Origin: an uncultured Acidobacteriota bacterium
Lineage (GTDB): Bacteria > Acidobacteriota > Terriglobia > Acidiferrales > UBA7541
Assembly (NCBI GenBank): GCA_963732135.1
Contig: CAVSYC010000004.1
Coordinates: 34,484-98,483 of the forward strand
DNA length: 64,000 nt
Direction of reading: 5' to 3'
The notes beneath the pieces were generated by a model that saw only the letters and a list, made by a program, of their open reading frames with translations, ran no database searches and was not told the DNA's origin. Positions 55,401 to 64,000 of this stretch are shown here, piece after piece. Numbering within the stretch: the first letter of the stretch is position 1; every line of letters starts with the position of its first letter. The position numbers and the translations under genes were made by a program.

Positions 55401-57197
55401 GTGAGAAGAATTATTTCGATGATTGCCGGTGCGGCTTTGTTGACGGGCGCGGGACACCTGGGCGCTCCGGCGCAACAGCAGGCAGCAGCGGGCGCCGCGG
55501 CGAAGCACGGCAAAGCCGCAGGCGTTGTGCACCACGCTCCGGAAGAAGGAGATTGGAGCGGCGCGCTGCAGGTCGGCGAAGCGCAACTGCACCTGGTGCT
55601 GCATTTGAAAAAGAATGCGCAAGGCGAGTGGCAAGCGACGCTGGATAGTTTGAATCAGGCGGTATATGGAATGGAAGCCTCGAACGTGAAGCGCGGCGAA
55701 GATACGCTGGCATTCGAGTTGCCGTCAGTGGGGGCGCACTTTCAAGGCAAAATTTTGCCGGACTTTAAGACCATTCGCGGGTTGTGGGAACAGGGCGGGA
55801 CTGGCCTGCCGCTGTCGTTCGAAAAGCGCGTGCCGGGAGCAGAAAAGTCCGCCGCCAAAACAGTTTCGAAATTGGAAGGCACGTGGCAGGGCGCGATTGA
55901 AACCGGCAATATGCGGATGCGGCTGCAACTGCACGTCGCGCATGATGACAAAGGCGAATTGCTCGCGTCCGTGGATAGTCTGGACCAGGAAATACAGGGG
56001 ATTCCGGCGTCGAAAGTAACCGAGCGGGCAAGCGAAGTACGATTCGAGCTTGCTGCGTTCGGAGCGCAATATCTGGGAACGCTGAGCGCGACAAAAAACG
56101 AGATTGCCGGACACTGGAGGCAGAACGGAAATGATGAAAAGCTGGATTTCCTGCGCTCCGATAAAGTTTTGGAATTGCGACGGCCGCAAACTCCAGCCAA
56201 GCCGTACCCGTACAAGGTAGAAGAAATGTCGTTCCCAGCAGGAGATGGAAAAGCGACGCTTGCAGGGACGCTGACACTTCCGCAGGGAGCGGGGCCATTT
56301 CCAGCGGCAATTTTGATCGGTGGATCAGGCCCGGTAGATCGAGATGAAACGCTAGCCGGGCATAAGCCATTCCTGGTTCTCGCGGATGCGCTGACGAAAA
56401 ATGGAATCGCGATTCTGCGCTACGACAAACGCGGCATCGGACAATCCAAGGGCGACTACACGGAAGCGACGATGCAGGATTTTGCGCAAGACGCGCAAGC
56501 GGCTCTGGCGTACATGAAATCGCGCGGCGAAGTAGACGCCAAGCGATTGGGAATCATTGGCCACAGCGAAGGTGGAATTCTTGCTTCCCAGTTGGCGACG
56601 CGCTCGCAGGACATGCATTGGCTGGTGCTGCTGGCGACGCCGGCCACGACCGGAGAAAACACCTTATTGCGGCAGTCGGAGCTGATCGCTCGTGCGGGCG
56701 GATTGCCCGAGGAACAAATCACGCGCAGCCTGGAGTTTGATCGCAAGGCTTATGCGGCAGTGCGCGCAGAAAAAAACGCGGCTGCACTTGAGAAAAGGTT
56801 GGACGTGTTGGTGCAACAAAGCGGATTGGGCGAAGCGATGCCTCCCGCCGCGCTGCAAGCCCAGATCCGGTTCATGACTTCGCCCTGGTTCCGGCAATTC
56901 CTGGATTACGATCCACAACCGGTGCTGGAAAAGTTGCAGTGCCCGGTATTGGCGATGAGCGGCGACCGCGACCTGCAGGTGGACTCAACCGAAAACGTGC
57001 CGCTCTTGCGCAAGGCGTCCGAGATCAGCGAGAACAAGGATTTCACTGTGGTTGAGGTGGCAGGCGTCAACCATTTATTTCAGACGGCTCCGTCCGGCTC
57101 GCCGGCGCTTTATGGCGCGATCGAAGAAACAATGGCGCCGCAAGTGTTGACCGCCGTGACCAGTTGGGTGACGCGGCACACCTCGTCCTCGCAATGA
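55401..57197 (+). CDS. Exported alpha/beta-fold hydrolase with two N-terminal repeat domains
   Basis: Signal peptide; two G.W.GA...L.L.LH...DS..Q repeats; GSGPVDRDE, RYDKRG, nucleophile GHSEG, GDRDLQV, NHLFQ. GTG start after GGAGG. Confidence 0.88.
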   Translation: MRRIISMIAGAALLTGAGHLGAPAQQQAAAGAAAKHGKAAGVVHHAPEEGDWSGALQVGEAQLHLVLHLKKNAQGEWQATLDSLNQAVYGMEASNVKRGEDTLAFELPSVGAHFQGKILPDFKTIRGLWEQGGTGLPLSFEKRVPGAEKSAAKTVSKLEGTWQGAIETGNMRMRLQLHVAHDDKGELLASVDSLDQEIQGIPASKVTERASEVRFELAAFGAQYLGTLSATKNEIAGHWRQNGNDEKLDFLRSDKVLELRRPQTPAKPYPYKVEEMSFPAGDGKATLAGTLTLPQGAGPFPAAILIGGSGPVDRDETLAGHKPFLVLADALTKNGIAILRYDKRGIGQSKGDYTEATMQDFAQDAQAALAYMKSRGEVDAKRLGIIGHSEGGILASQLATRSQDMHWLVLLATPATTGENTLLRQSELIARAGGLPEEQITRSLEFDRKAYAAVRAEKNAAALEKRLDVLVQQSGLGEAMPPAALQAQIRFMTSPWFRQFLDYDPQPVLEKLQCPVLAMSGDRDLQVDSTENVPLLRKASEISENKDFTVVEVAGVNHLFQTAPSGSPALYGAIEETMAPQVLTAVTSWVTRHTSSSQ

Positions 57198-57277
57198 CTC
57201 GCAGCGAATCGTTGTGAAGTGGGCGCACCGGGCAGTGACCGCGATTTGCTATTGCAACGCTCGCGGTATGATGAAGG

Positions 57278-59422
57278 ATGGAGCCCAGGACCGTCCCCGT
57301 GCCGCCAAAATTCCATTTGTCTCTGCTGATACACGCACATCAGCCCGTCGGAAATTTTGAAGATGTTTTTGAGCGCTGCTACCAGCGCGCGTATCTTCCC
57401 TTCGTCCAACTCCTCGAAAAACACCCTGCTATTCGCGTGGCGCTGCATTTTTCCGGGCCGCTGCTTTCGTGGATTGAAGAAAATCATTCTGAATATTTCG
57501 AACTGTTGCGCTCCCTGGTGAAACGCAAACAGGTGGAAATGGTCGGCGGCGGATTTTACGAGCCGATTTTGGCGGTGATCCCGCCAGAAGATCAGCGCGA
57601 ACAGATTGAGCGGCTGGCCGAGTATCTGGAAACACATTTTGGCGAACGGCCGTCGGGCGCCTGGCTCGCCGAGCGCGTGTGGGAGCCGCAACTGCCGTCC
57701 GTACTGGCTGCGGGCCAAGTGAGTTACACGCTGGTGGACGATTTTCATTTTCTCGCGGCGGGGTTCGAACCGTCCGAATTGTTCGGCGCGTACCAGGCGG
57801 AAGATCGCGGCAAAGTCGTGCGGGTGTTTGCCGGACAGAAAGCGTTGCGCTACCTGGTTCCCTTCGGCACGGTCGAAGATACGATGCAGTATCTTCGCGA
57901 AGCGGCGATGATGCATCCGGGCGGACTCGCGGTTTTTGGCGACGACATGGAGAAATTCGGAGTGTGGCCCGGCACCTTCAAGCACTGCTACGACGAGCAC
58001 TGGCTCGAAGAATTTTTTACTGAGATCGAGAAAAATTCCGATTGGCTGAGCATCACCCCGCCGGGCGAATTCGCAGAATCTCACGCACCGCTCGGCCGCG
58101 CGGACCTGCCCACCGCGTCATACCCGGAAATGATGGAGTGGGCCTTGCCTACCGGAGTGCGGCAGAGATTTCACGCCGTGCAGCAGGAGTTTGCCAAGCG
58201 CCCGGAGGTCGATGCATTTTTGCGCGGGGGATCATGGCGCGGATTCTTTCGCAAATATTCCGAGTCCAACCTGCTGCACAAAAAAATGTTGCGAGCGGGA
58301 ACACGGTTGGCTGCAGTGCCGCAGCGCCGTACCGAAACTAAGCCGGCGCAGGAAATTGCCGCGGCTCGCGATCAATTGCTGCGCGCGCAATGCAACGATG
58401 GCTATTGGCACGGTGTTTTTGGCGGGCTGTACGCGCCGCATCTGCGCACAGAAATCTGGCGAAACTTAATCAGGGCCGAGGCCGCGGCGGACAAACTGAT
58501 TCCTGGAGGTCAGATTGGGCGCGTCGAAATGCTCGATTACGACGCCGACGGTAAGAACGAATTGTTATTTACCGGTCCGGAATATCAGGCGCTTCTGAAG
58601 CCCTCGGATGGCGGAACTCTTGCCGCTCTGGATTTTCGTTCGAACGCGGCGACGCTGATAAATTCCGTGCAGCGTCGCCCGGAAGCCTACCATGCGCGTT
58701 TACGCGAAACGTCGCAGACAGGGACCAGAATGGTGGCCTCGATTCACGAGCAGATGAGCGTCAAAGAACCGAATCTTGAGCGCTTTCTCAAATACGACCG
58801 CTGGGCGCGTCACGCGTTTCGCATTCTAGTTTTCGATCCCAGGAAGACTCACGCTGATTACGAATCCTTGCGATTGATGGAGGATGTGAGCTTCGCGGGC
58901 GGAGATTTCTCCGTACGTTCGTCCGCGCCGCATCAGGCCGAACTGTATCGGCAAACAACGATTGGTGGCAATCACGGTGACGAACCGGTTCCCGTTGATG
59001 TCACCAAACGTTTCTCGTTTGGACCGGCGCCCAACGGTTGCGAAATTTCCTGTGAAGTGGGCCTCAAGCTCAAACAATCTTTGGATCGCGCGGTAACGGT
59101 GGGTATCGAAACCATCGTAAATTTGCTGGCTCCAACGGAAAGTGACCGATTTATCGAAACCGCGGGTGGTCCGCAAGGACTGCGCTTCAGCGGGGAATTG
59201 CCCGGACCGATTCTTCACCTACAGGACGGCTGGCAAAAATTGCGAATTACCTTGCATGCGCCGGGAGCGGAAAATTTCTGGATCGCGCCGATCGAAACAG
59301 TTTCGGAATCGGAAGAAGGATTCGAACGCGTTTATCAAGGCTCGCAGATTCTGGCGCGTTGGCGGCTGAGTACGCAGAAGGTGCTGTCGGCGCGGATTGT
59401 CTGGCGCATCGAGGCAATCTGA
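57278..59422 (+). CDS. GH57 alpha-amylase / 4-alpha-glucanotransferase (DUF1925/DUF1926-type)
   Basis: HAHQPVGNF, GGGFYEPIL, WLAERVWEP, GDDMEKFGVWP, PTASYPEMMEW, QCNDGYWHGVFGGLY. Confidence 0.93.
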   Translation: MEPRTVPVPPKFHLSLLIHAHQPVGNFEDVFERCYQRAYLPFVQLLEKHPAIRVALHFSGPLLSWIEENHSEYFELLRSLVKRKQVEMVGGGFYEPILAVIPPEDQREQIERLAEYLETHFGERPSGAWLAERVWEPQLPSVLAAGQVSYTLVDDFHFLAAGFEPSELFGAYQAEDRGKVVRVFAGQKALRYLVPFGTVEDTMQYLREAAMMHPGGLAVFGDDMEKFGVWPGTFKHCYDEHWLEEFFTEIEKNSDWLSITPPGEFAESHAPLGRADLPTASYPEMMEWALPTGVRQRFHAVQQEFAKRPEVDAFLRGGSWRGFFRKYSESNLLHKKMLRAGTRLAAVPQRRTETKPAQEIAAARDQLLRAQCNDGYWHGVFGGLYAPHLRTEIWRNLIRAEAAADKLIPGGQIGRVEMLDYDADGKNELLFTGPEYQALLKPSDGGTLAALDFRSNAATLINSVQRRPEAYHARLRETSQTGTRMVASIHEQMSVKEPNLERFLKYDRWARHAFRILVFDPRKTHADYESLRLMEDVSFAGGDFSVRSSAPHQAELYRQTTIGGNHGDEPVPVDVTKRFSFGPAPNGCEISCEVGLKLKQSLDRAVTVGIETIVNLLAPTESDRFIETAGGPQGLRFSGELPGPILHLQDGWQKLRITLHAPGAENFWIAPIETVSESEEGFERVYQGSQILARWRLSTQKVLSARIVWRIEAI

Positions 59423-59480
59423 TTCGCCAAACGCTGTCTTTTTCTTACGTATATTTTACTTCAGACCGCCCGCCTCGTCC

Positions 59481-59509
59481 GTCATTCCGAGCGCAGCGAG
59501 GAATCTCTC
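59481..59509 (+). repeat. REP-like element, family A
   Basis: GTCATTCCGAGCGCAGCGAGGAATCTCTC, between convergent genes. Confidence 0.75.
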
Positions 59510-59525
59510 CTAGTCGTTGAAACTT

Positions 59526-60494
59526 TCACTCCACGATCCAGAGGTTCTGCGCGAAGGGCCACTCTTCGTCAACCCACTGCGCAATTTGACGGAATCCTGC
59601 GCGCTCCGCCATTTCCGCCGGCTCATTGGGACGATACTTGTGCGAACTTTCCGTCCAGATGGTTTCGCCCTCTTCCATTCGAACCAGCAACGCCGCGCCC
59701 AAAATATTCACGCGCTGGCGACGCAGAGATTGCAGGTGCATTTCAATGCGGCGCTCGGCGGAATTCCACAGAGCGAGGTGGCGGAAATCGCGCAAGCGAA
59801 AATCCGCGCCGAGTTCACGATTGATGCGCGCCAGCAAGTTTAGATTAAACGCGGCGGTGACGCCGACTGGATCGTCGTACGCCAGAAGCTGTACGTTAAC
59901 ATCTTTTTCGAAGTCGGTGCCAAGCAGCAACGAATCGCCTGGTTCCAGAACCTCGCGGACCTGGTTAAGAAAATCGTTCGCGGCGGGCCGGTCAAAATTT
60001 CCGATGGTGCTGCCCAGAAAAAGCACGCACAAATGTTCGCCAGCTTCGCGCCGCGCCGCTACCGCGCGCAACCCTTCCAGGTAGGGCTTTTCGTAGCCCA
60101 CCATGCTCACACAATCCAGCCGGCCGAGTTCCTTTTCGCACGCGGCGAGAGCTGCCGGTGAAATTTCGATCGGGTAATAAAATGTCTGCCGCCGGCAAGC
60201 CAACGCTTCGAGCAGGTAACGTGTTTTTTTACCGCTGCCGCTTCCCAACTCCGCCACATGCGCTGGCAGAGGCATCCGCGCGATGATTTCGTTCGCGTGC
60301 CTCTGCAGCAAACGGGTGTCAGCGCGCGTCAAGCCATATTCCGGAAGCAGGCAGATGGCTTCGAACAATTCCGAGCCGACTTCGTCATACAAATATTTGC
60401 TGGGAAGCTCGCGCTGGCCGGGTTTCGTCAGCCCGGCGCGGACATCAACCGCAAAATCCGACAACACCAGTTGTTGCACGGTTTGGCTCGACAT
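59526..60494 (-). CDS. egtD: L-histidine N-alpha-methyltransferase EgtD
   Basis: KYLYDEVGSELF, LPEY.LTR, ELGSGSGKKT, FLGSTIGNF, AFNLNLL, RIEMHL, TESSHKY. Confidence 0.92.
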   Translation of the reverse strand: MSSQTVQQLVLSDFAVDVRAGLTKPGQRELPSKYLYDEVGSELFEAICLLPEYGLTRADTRLLQRHANEIIARMPLPAHVAELGSGSGKKTRYLLEALACRRQTFYYPIEISPAALAACEKELGRLDCVSMVGYEKPYLEGLRAVAARREAGEHLCVLFLGSTIGNFDRPAANDFLNQVREVLEPGDSLLLGTDFEKDVNVQLLAYDDPVGVTAAFNLNLLARINRELGADFRLRDFRHLALWNSAERRIEMHLQSLRRQRVNILGAALLVRMEEGETIWTESSHKYRPNEPAEMAERAGFRQIAQWVDEEWPFAQNLWIVE

Positions 60495-60521
60495 TTTTTC
60501 TCCTGAACCGGGAGTTGCGAT

Positions 60522-61850
60522 TTACTCTTCCACGCAACGAAAAGTTGCGTAGACGTACGGGTAATGGGGCTGGAACCAATTGCGGAAGGAACGCCGCAGC
60601 ATGCAGGCGGCAGTGCGCGGCGACCCTCCTTTCATCACGTAGTGCTTTCCATCGAAGAAATTTGCGGAGTAGCCTGGATAGAACGGCATCGGCGCGAAGC
60701 CGGGCAGCGGCGCAAACACGGTGCGCGTCCATTCCCAGCCATTGCCTACAAGGTCGTGTACTCCAAATGCGCTGGCGCCCTCCGAATGCGCTCCGCATGG
60801 CGCAGGATCAAAATGCGCGCAATCGAAATTGCCATGTTGCGGCCCTGGCTTTTCTTCGCCCCACGGATAACTGCGCTCTTCGTCGGAGTGTGGGACTCCA
60901 TACGCGGCGCGATGGAACTGCTCTTCGGTCGGCAACTTTCGATCCAGCCATTTCGCGTACGCGGATGCTTCGGCATAGCTCACGTATACCGGCGAGTCCA
61001 TCGACAGCGGGGTCTCGTTGAACATGCCGTGGTACGTCCACATATTGCCGCGGCGCTCCCAAAAAATCGGATGCTCGATGCCATTTTGTTCGCGCCAGAC
61101 CCAGTCGGCACTCGACCACAATGAGCGGTCTCGATATCCGCCGTTCTGCACGAAGTGCATAAACTGACGATTGGTGACGTTTTGATTCTCGATGCTGAAG
61201 GCGGGTACGCGAACCGTCAAAGCTCCGCGCTCGTTATCCCATCCAAAAGTTTTCGCGTCAGTGGGTAAGCCGAGCGTTGCAGGTCCTTCTGGAATTTCAA
61301 CCAGATGATGCCGGATGCGTGGGGCACTCCAGTGATGTTTGGGCGCCACTCGCATTTTCATTTCGAGCGGCAAGCGATGGAACATGTATGCCAATGTTTC
61401 CGCGTGCATCAAGCGATGCTCGATGGCCGTGTCCAGCATGGTCAGAAGCTGCGGATGCCCTTCGTCGGGATGGCCGAGCGCTCGATCGATTGCGGAATCG
61501 AGTTCAGCGCGCAGCCGTTCGTTGTATACGGAGATCTGCTCACGTGAAGGCCAATCTCGCGGTTGGTCCGCAGGCAGTCCGCCGCCGACTGGATCGATCC
61601 CGAAAGCAAAAAGATGGTCGAAGGAACGGTTGAAACGGCGTAGGCCAAACGCGCGCTCGCCAAGAAGATTCCAGTCAAATGCTTCTACGTGGCCCAGATA
61701 AAAAATAACGCGATGGCGTTCAGCAATCGGCCGCTCGTAAAACGCATCGTCGCGCAGGATTTCGAATAGCTGATCGGTTGTGGCCCTGGCACGGATAAGT
61801 CGAAGATGCTGATCGTGGCTGGTGCGGACTGCGGTGGCGAGAGCTCCCAT
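60522..61850 (-). CDS. egtB: EgtB-family non-heme iron sulfoxide synthase (DinB-like plus FGE-sulfatase domains)
   Basis: IFYLGHVE, HRLMHAE (HX3HXE), FGWDNE, LPTEEQFHRAA, DLVGNGWEWT, KGGS; upstream of egtD. ATG 61850 chosen; ORF is open to 61979. Confidence 0.88.
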   Translation of the reverse strand: MGALATAVRTSHDQHLRLIRARATTDQLFEILRDDAFYERPIAERHRVIFYLGHVEAFDWNLLGERAFGLRRFNRSFDHLFAFGIDPVGGGLPADQPRDWPSREQISVYNERLRAELDSAIDRALGHPDEGHPQLLTMLDTAIEHRLMHAETLAYMFHRLPLEMKMRVAPKHHWSAPRIRHHLVEIPEGPATLGLPTDAKTFGWDNERGALTVRVPAFSIENQNVTNRQFMHFVQNGGYRDRSLWSSADWVWREQNGIEHPIFWERRGNMWTYHGMFNETPLSMDSPVYVSYAEASAYAKWLDRKLPTEEQFHRAAYGVPHSDEERSYPWGEEKPGPQHGNFDCAHFDPAPCGAHSEGASAFGVHDLVGNGWEWTRTVFAPLPGFAPMPFYPGYSANFFDGKHYVMKGGSPRTAACMLRRSFRNWFQPHYPYVYATFRCVEE

Positions 61851-61931
61851 GATTTTTTCCCTTCCGTTTGATGCGGCGGCCAATTGAAGGATGCACCGAT
61901 TCCTCGGCGCTGGGAGGCTGGCTACGTTAGG

Positions 61932-62744
61932 ATGTTGACTCCGGTTCCGAGGGATGTCAACCCGAACGCGAAAGCCCAAACTTTGAGCGAAACTAGCATT
62001 GAGTTCGCAAACGTGGAATACCGTATTTCTGGCAGAACTTCTTTGCCAGTCCTCTCGGGTATTTCACTCAAAATTCATCAGGGCGAAACGATCGCACTCC
62101 TTGGCCGCAGCGGCAGCGGAAAAACCACCATGCTGAAGCTGATCAACCGGCTGCGTACTTGTACTTCCGGTGATCTGCTGGTCGAGAACCGGCCGGTTCA
62201 CGATTGGGATGTGATTCAGCTTCGCAGGCGAATCGGCTACGTCATCCAGGAAGTGGGATTATTTCCACATTTCACAATCGAGCAGAACGTCTGCCTGGTG
62301 CCGGGCCTGGAAAATTGGCCGGCCGAACGAATCAAGACACGTTTTGCAGAGGTCATGCAGTTGGTTGGGCTGAACCCCTCCGAATATGCCGGCAAATATC
62401 CGCGCGAACTTTCCGGCGGCCAGAGGCAACGAATCGGTGTGGCGCGTGCCCTGGCTGCGGACCCCGCCATCATGCTGATGGATGAACCATTTGGTGCGCT
62501 CGATCCGGTAACGCGCGCCGAATTGCAGCGCGAATTTCTCGCCCTTTCCCGTAAAGTTTCGAAAACTACAGTACTTGTGACGCATGATCTGCGCGAAGCG
62601 TTATTTCTGGGAACGCGGGTGGTATTGCTGGACGCCGGGCGAATTGTCGCAGAGGCCAGCCCTGGCGATTTTCTGAAGCTCGATCAAAAGGTCGCGCGCG
62701 ATTTTATTGCTGCTTCGGAATTGGTGACGGGAGCCGCGCAATGA
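61932..62744 (+). CDS. OpuCA/ProV-like ABC ATPase (no CBS domains)
   Basis: GRSGSGKTTMLKLINRL, LRRRIGYVIQEVGLFPH, LSGGQRQRIGVARALAADP, MDEPFGALDP. Start uncertain (61884, 61932 or TTG 61983). Confidence 0.88.
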   Translation: MLTPVPRDVNPNAKAQTLSETSIEFANVEYRISGRTSLPVLSGISLKIHQGETIALLGRSGSGKTTMLKLINRLRTCTSGDLLVENRPVHDWDVIQLRRRIGYVIQEVGLFPHFTIEQNVCLVPGLENWPAERIKTRFAEVMQLVGLNPSEYAGKYPRELSGGQRQRIGVARALAADPAIMLMDEPFGALDPVTRAELQREFLALSRKVSKTTVLVTHDLREALFLGTRVVLLDAGRIVAEASPGDFLKLDQKVARDFIAASELVTGAAQ

Positions 62745-63376
62745 ATGTCTGGCAATTTTTCGCGACTCATCGCGAGGAAATTCTTGCGGCGACCCACGAG
62801 CACCTCAGCCTGGTCGTGATCTCGATGGCTATCGCGGTGGCAATCGCTGTGCCTCTCGGGCTCGCGCTTGTTGTGCGTCCCCGCTTGCGTACCGCAGCAT
62901 TGGCCGTCGCCAGCATTTTCCAAACCATTCCCAGCCTTGCGCTTTTTGGCTTCCTGATCCCGCTGCCTTTTCTTGGCGGCATCGGCGCACGCACTGCGAT
63001 CATTGCGCTGGTGTTGTACGCTCTGCTTCCCATTCTGCGTAACACTTACGTTGGCTTGACCAGCATCGATCCCGCGATCATCGAAGCCGCAGAAGCCATG
63101 GGTATGACCGAACGGCAGATTCTTTTTCGCGTGCGTCTTCCCCTGGCCACAAGTTTTATTCTTGCCGGCATTCGCACCGCCACTGTCATTACCATCGGCG
63201 TCGCCACCATTGCTGCGGCCATCGGAGCGGGGGGGCTTGGCACATTTATTTTTCGTGGCGTCGCCATGGTCAGCGACGCGGTGATTCTCGCTGGAGCCAT
63301 ACCTGCCGCGCTTCTGGCATTGCTCGCCGACTTTCTGCTCGGCTTATTGGAACGCCGGTTGCGAGTCGCAGGATGA
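62741..63376 (+). CDS. OpuCB/ProW-like ABC permease
   Basis: FQTIPSLALFGFLIP, ALVLYALLPILRNTY, EAAEAMGMT, IAAAIGAGGLG. Confidence 0.92.
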   Translation: MNVWQFFATHREEILAATHEHLSLVVISMAIAVAIAVPLGLALVVRPRLRTAALAVASIFQTIPSLALFGFLIPLPFLGGIGARTAIIALVLYALLPILRNTYVGLTSIDPAIIEAAEAMGMTERQILFRVRLPLATSFILAGIRTATVITIGVATIAAAIGAGGLGTFIFRGVAMVSDAVILAGAIPAALLALLADFLLGLLERRLRVAG

Positions 63377-64000
63377 AACGCTTCGTTACTCTCTATTTGC
63401 TGTTCGTAATATTTATTTGCAGCGCATGCCACGACCCTGCGCGAATGCAACTCGTCGTAAGTTCCAAATTCTTTACGGAACAGGTGGTGCTTTCGGAATT
63501 GCTTGCGCAGCATATCGAAGCGCGCACCGGCATTCACGTTCAGCGCAAGGCAAACCTCGGTGGGACATTACTGGTGCAAAAAGCCATGTTGAGCGGAGAC
63601 GTGGATCTGTACGTGGAATATACCGGCACGGCGCTCACCGCCGTTCTCGGAGAGAATCCGCAAGGCGATTCGAACGCGGTGTACCAGCGAGTGAAAGAAG
63701 AATATGCGCGTCGGTTCGCGTTCGAAGTCGCTGAACCTTTGGGATTCGCAAATTCATTTGCGATGGTGGTGCGCGGCGCGGACGCACGCAACCGGCATCT
63801 CGCTACGATGTCTGATATCGCGCCGCTCGCGCCTCAGTGGCGTGTCGGCGTAGGCTATGAATTTCTCGAACGTCCGGACGGCTACCGGGGCTGGATCGAA
63901 CGCTACGGCCTGAAATTCCGCAAGGAACCGAGCGTGCTCGATCTCGGTTTGCTCTATCGCGCTCTTGCCGAGAAAAAAGTGGATATTGTCGCCGGCAATT
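63373..64000 (+). CDS. OpuCC/OsmF-like substrate-binding lipoprotein, partial (runs off window end)
   Basis: ATG overlapping the permease stop; manual translation gives MKRFVTLYLLFVIFICSAC...SKFFTEQ...LGGT...YVEYTGT...LGFANSFAM...LDLGLLYRAL. Confidence 0.88.
   Translation, partial: MKRFVTLYLLFVIFICSACHDPARMQLVVSSKFFTEQVVLSELLAQHIEARTGIHVQRKANLGGTLLVQKAMLSGDVDLYVEYTGTALTAVLGENPQGDSNAVYQRVKEEYARRFAFEVAEPLGFANSFAMVVRGADARNRHLATMSDIAPLAPQWRVGVGYEFLERPDGYRGWIERYGLKFRKEPSVLDLGLLYRALAEKKVDIVAGN

Noticed and set aside
60522-61850. Selenoneine synthase SenA or ovothiol synthase OvoA
   Set aside because: No senB/senC neighbours, no fused C-terminal methyltransferase, and the partner is an EgtD-type N-alpha methyltransferase.

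Overview
Bacterial chromosomal window; gene content and repeat types suggest an Acidobacteria-like soil organism (inference, not tested). Left arm: housekeeping and envelope block (lysS, LolC/E-like permease, lolD, clpC, bamA, a ~1420-aa lipoprotein, skp), then rimP-nusA-infB-DUF503-rbfA-truB. Centre: an orphan secretin carrying a 7-bladed FG-GAP propeller, transcribed divergently from a putative iron-uptake operon (FTR1-DUF2318 fusion, two MacB/FtsX-type permeases, an ABC ATPase fused to a DtxR-like metal-binding domain, DUF971). Next come cNMP-DUF1003, PilZ, a KimA-like transporter and mscL. Right arm: exported enzymes, a 7x Big_2 lipoprotein, bstA-like, trxB, proline dehydrogenase and ferredoxin. 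After the ferredoxin terminator lie an ORF-less class IIC group II intron and a 46-nt intron remnant. The window ends with a GH57 enzyme and egtB-egtD, divergent from an OpuC/EgtU-like ABC transporter that runs off the window. Several REP-like families and heptamer arrays fill intergenic space. I found no rRNA, tRNA, CRISPR array or transposase. All family assignments come from motif recognition by eye; no searches were run. Start codons were often moved downstream of the ORF-track starts.
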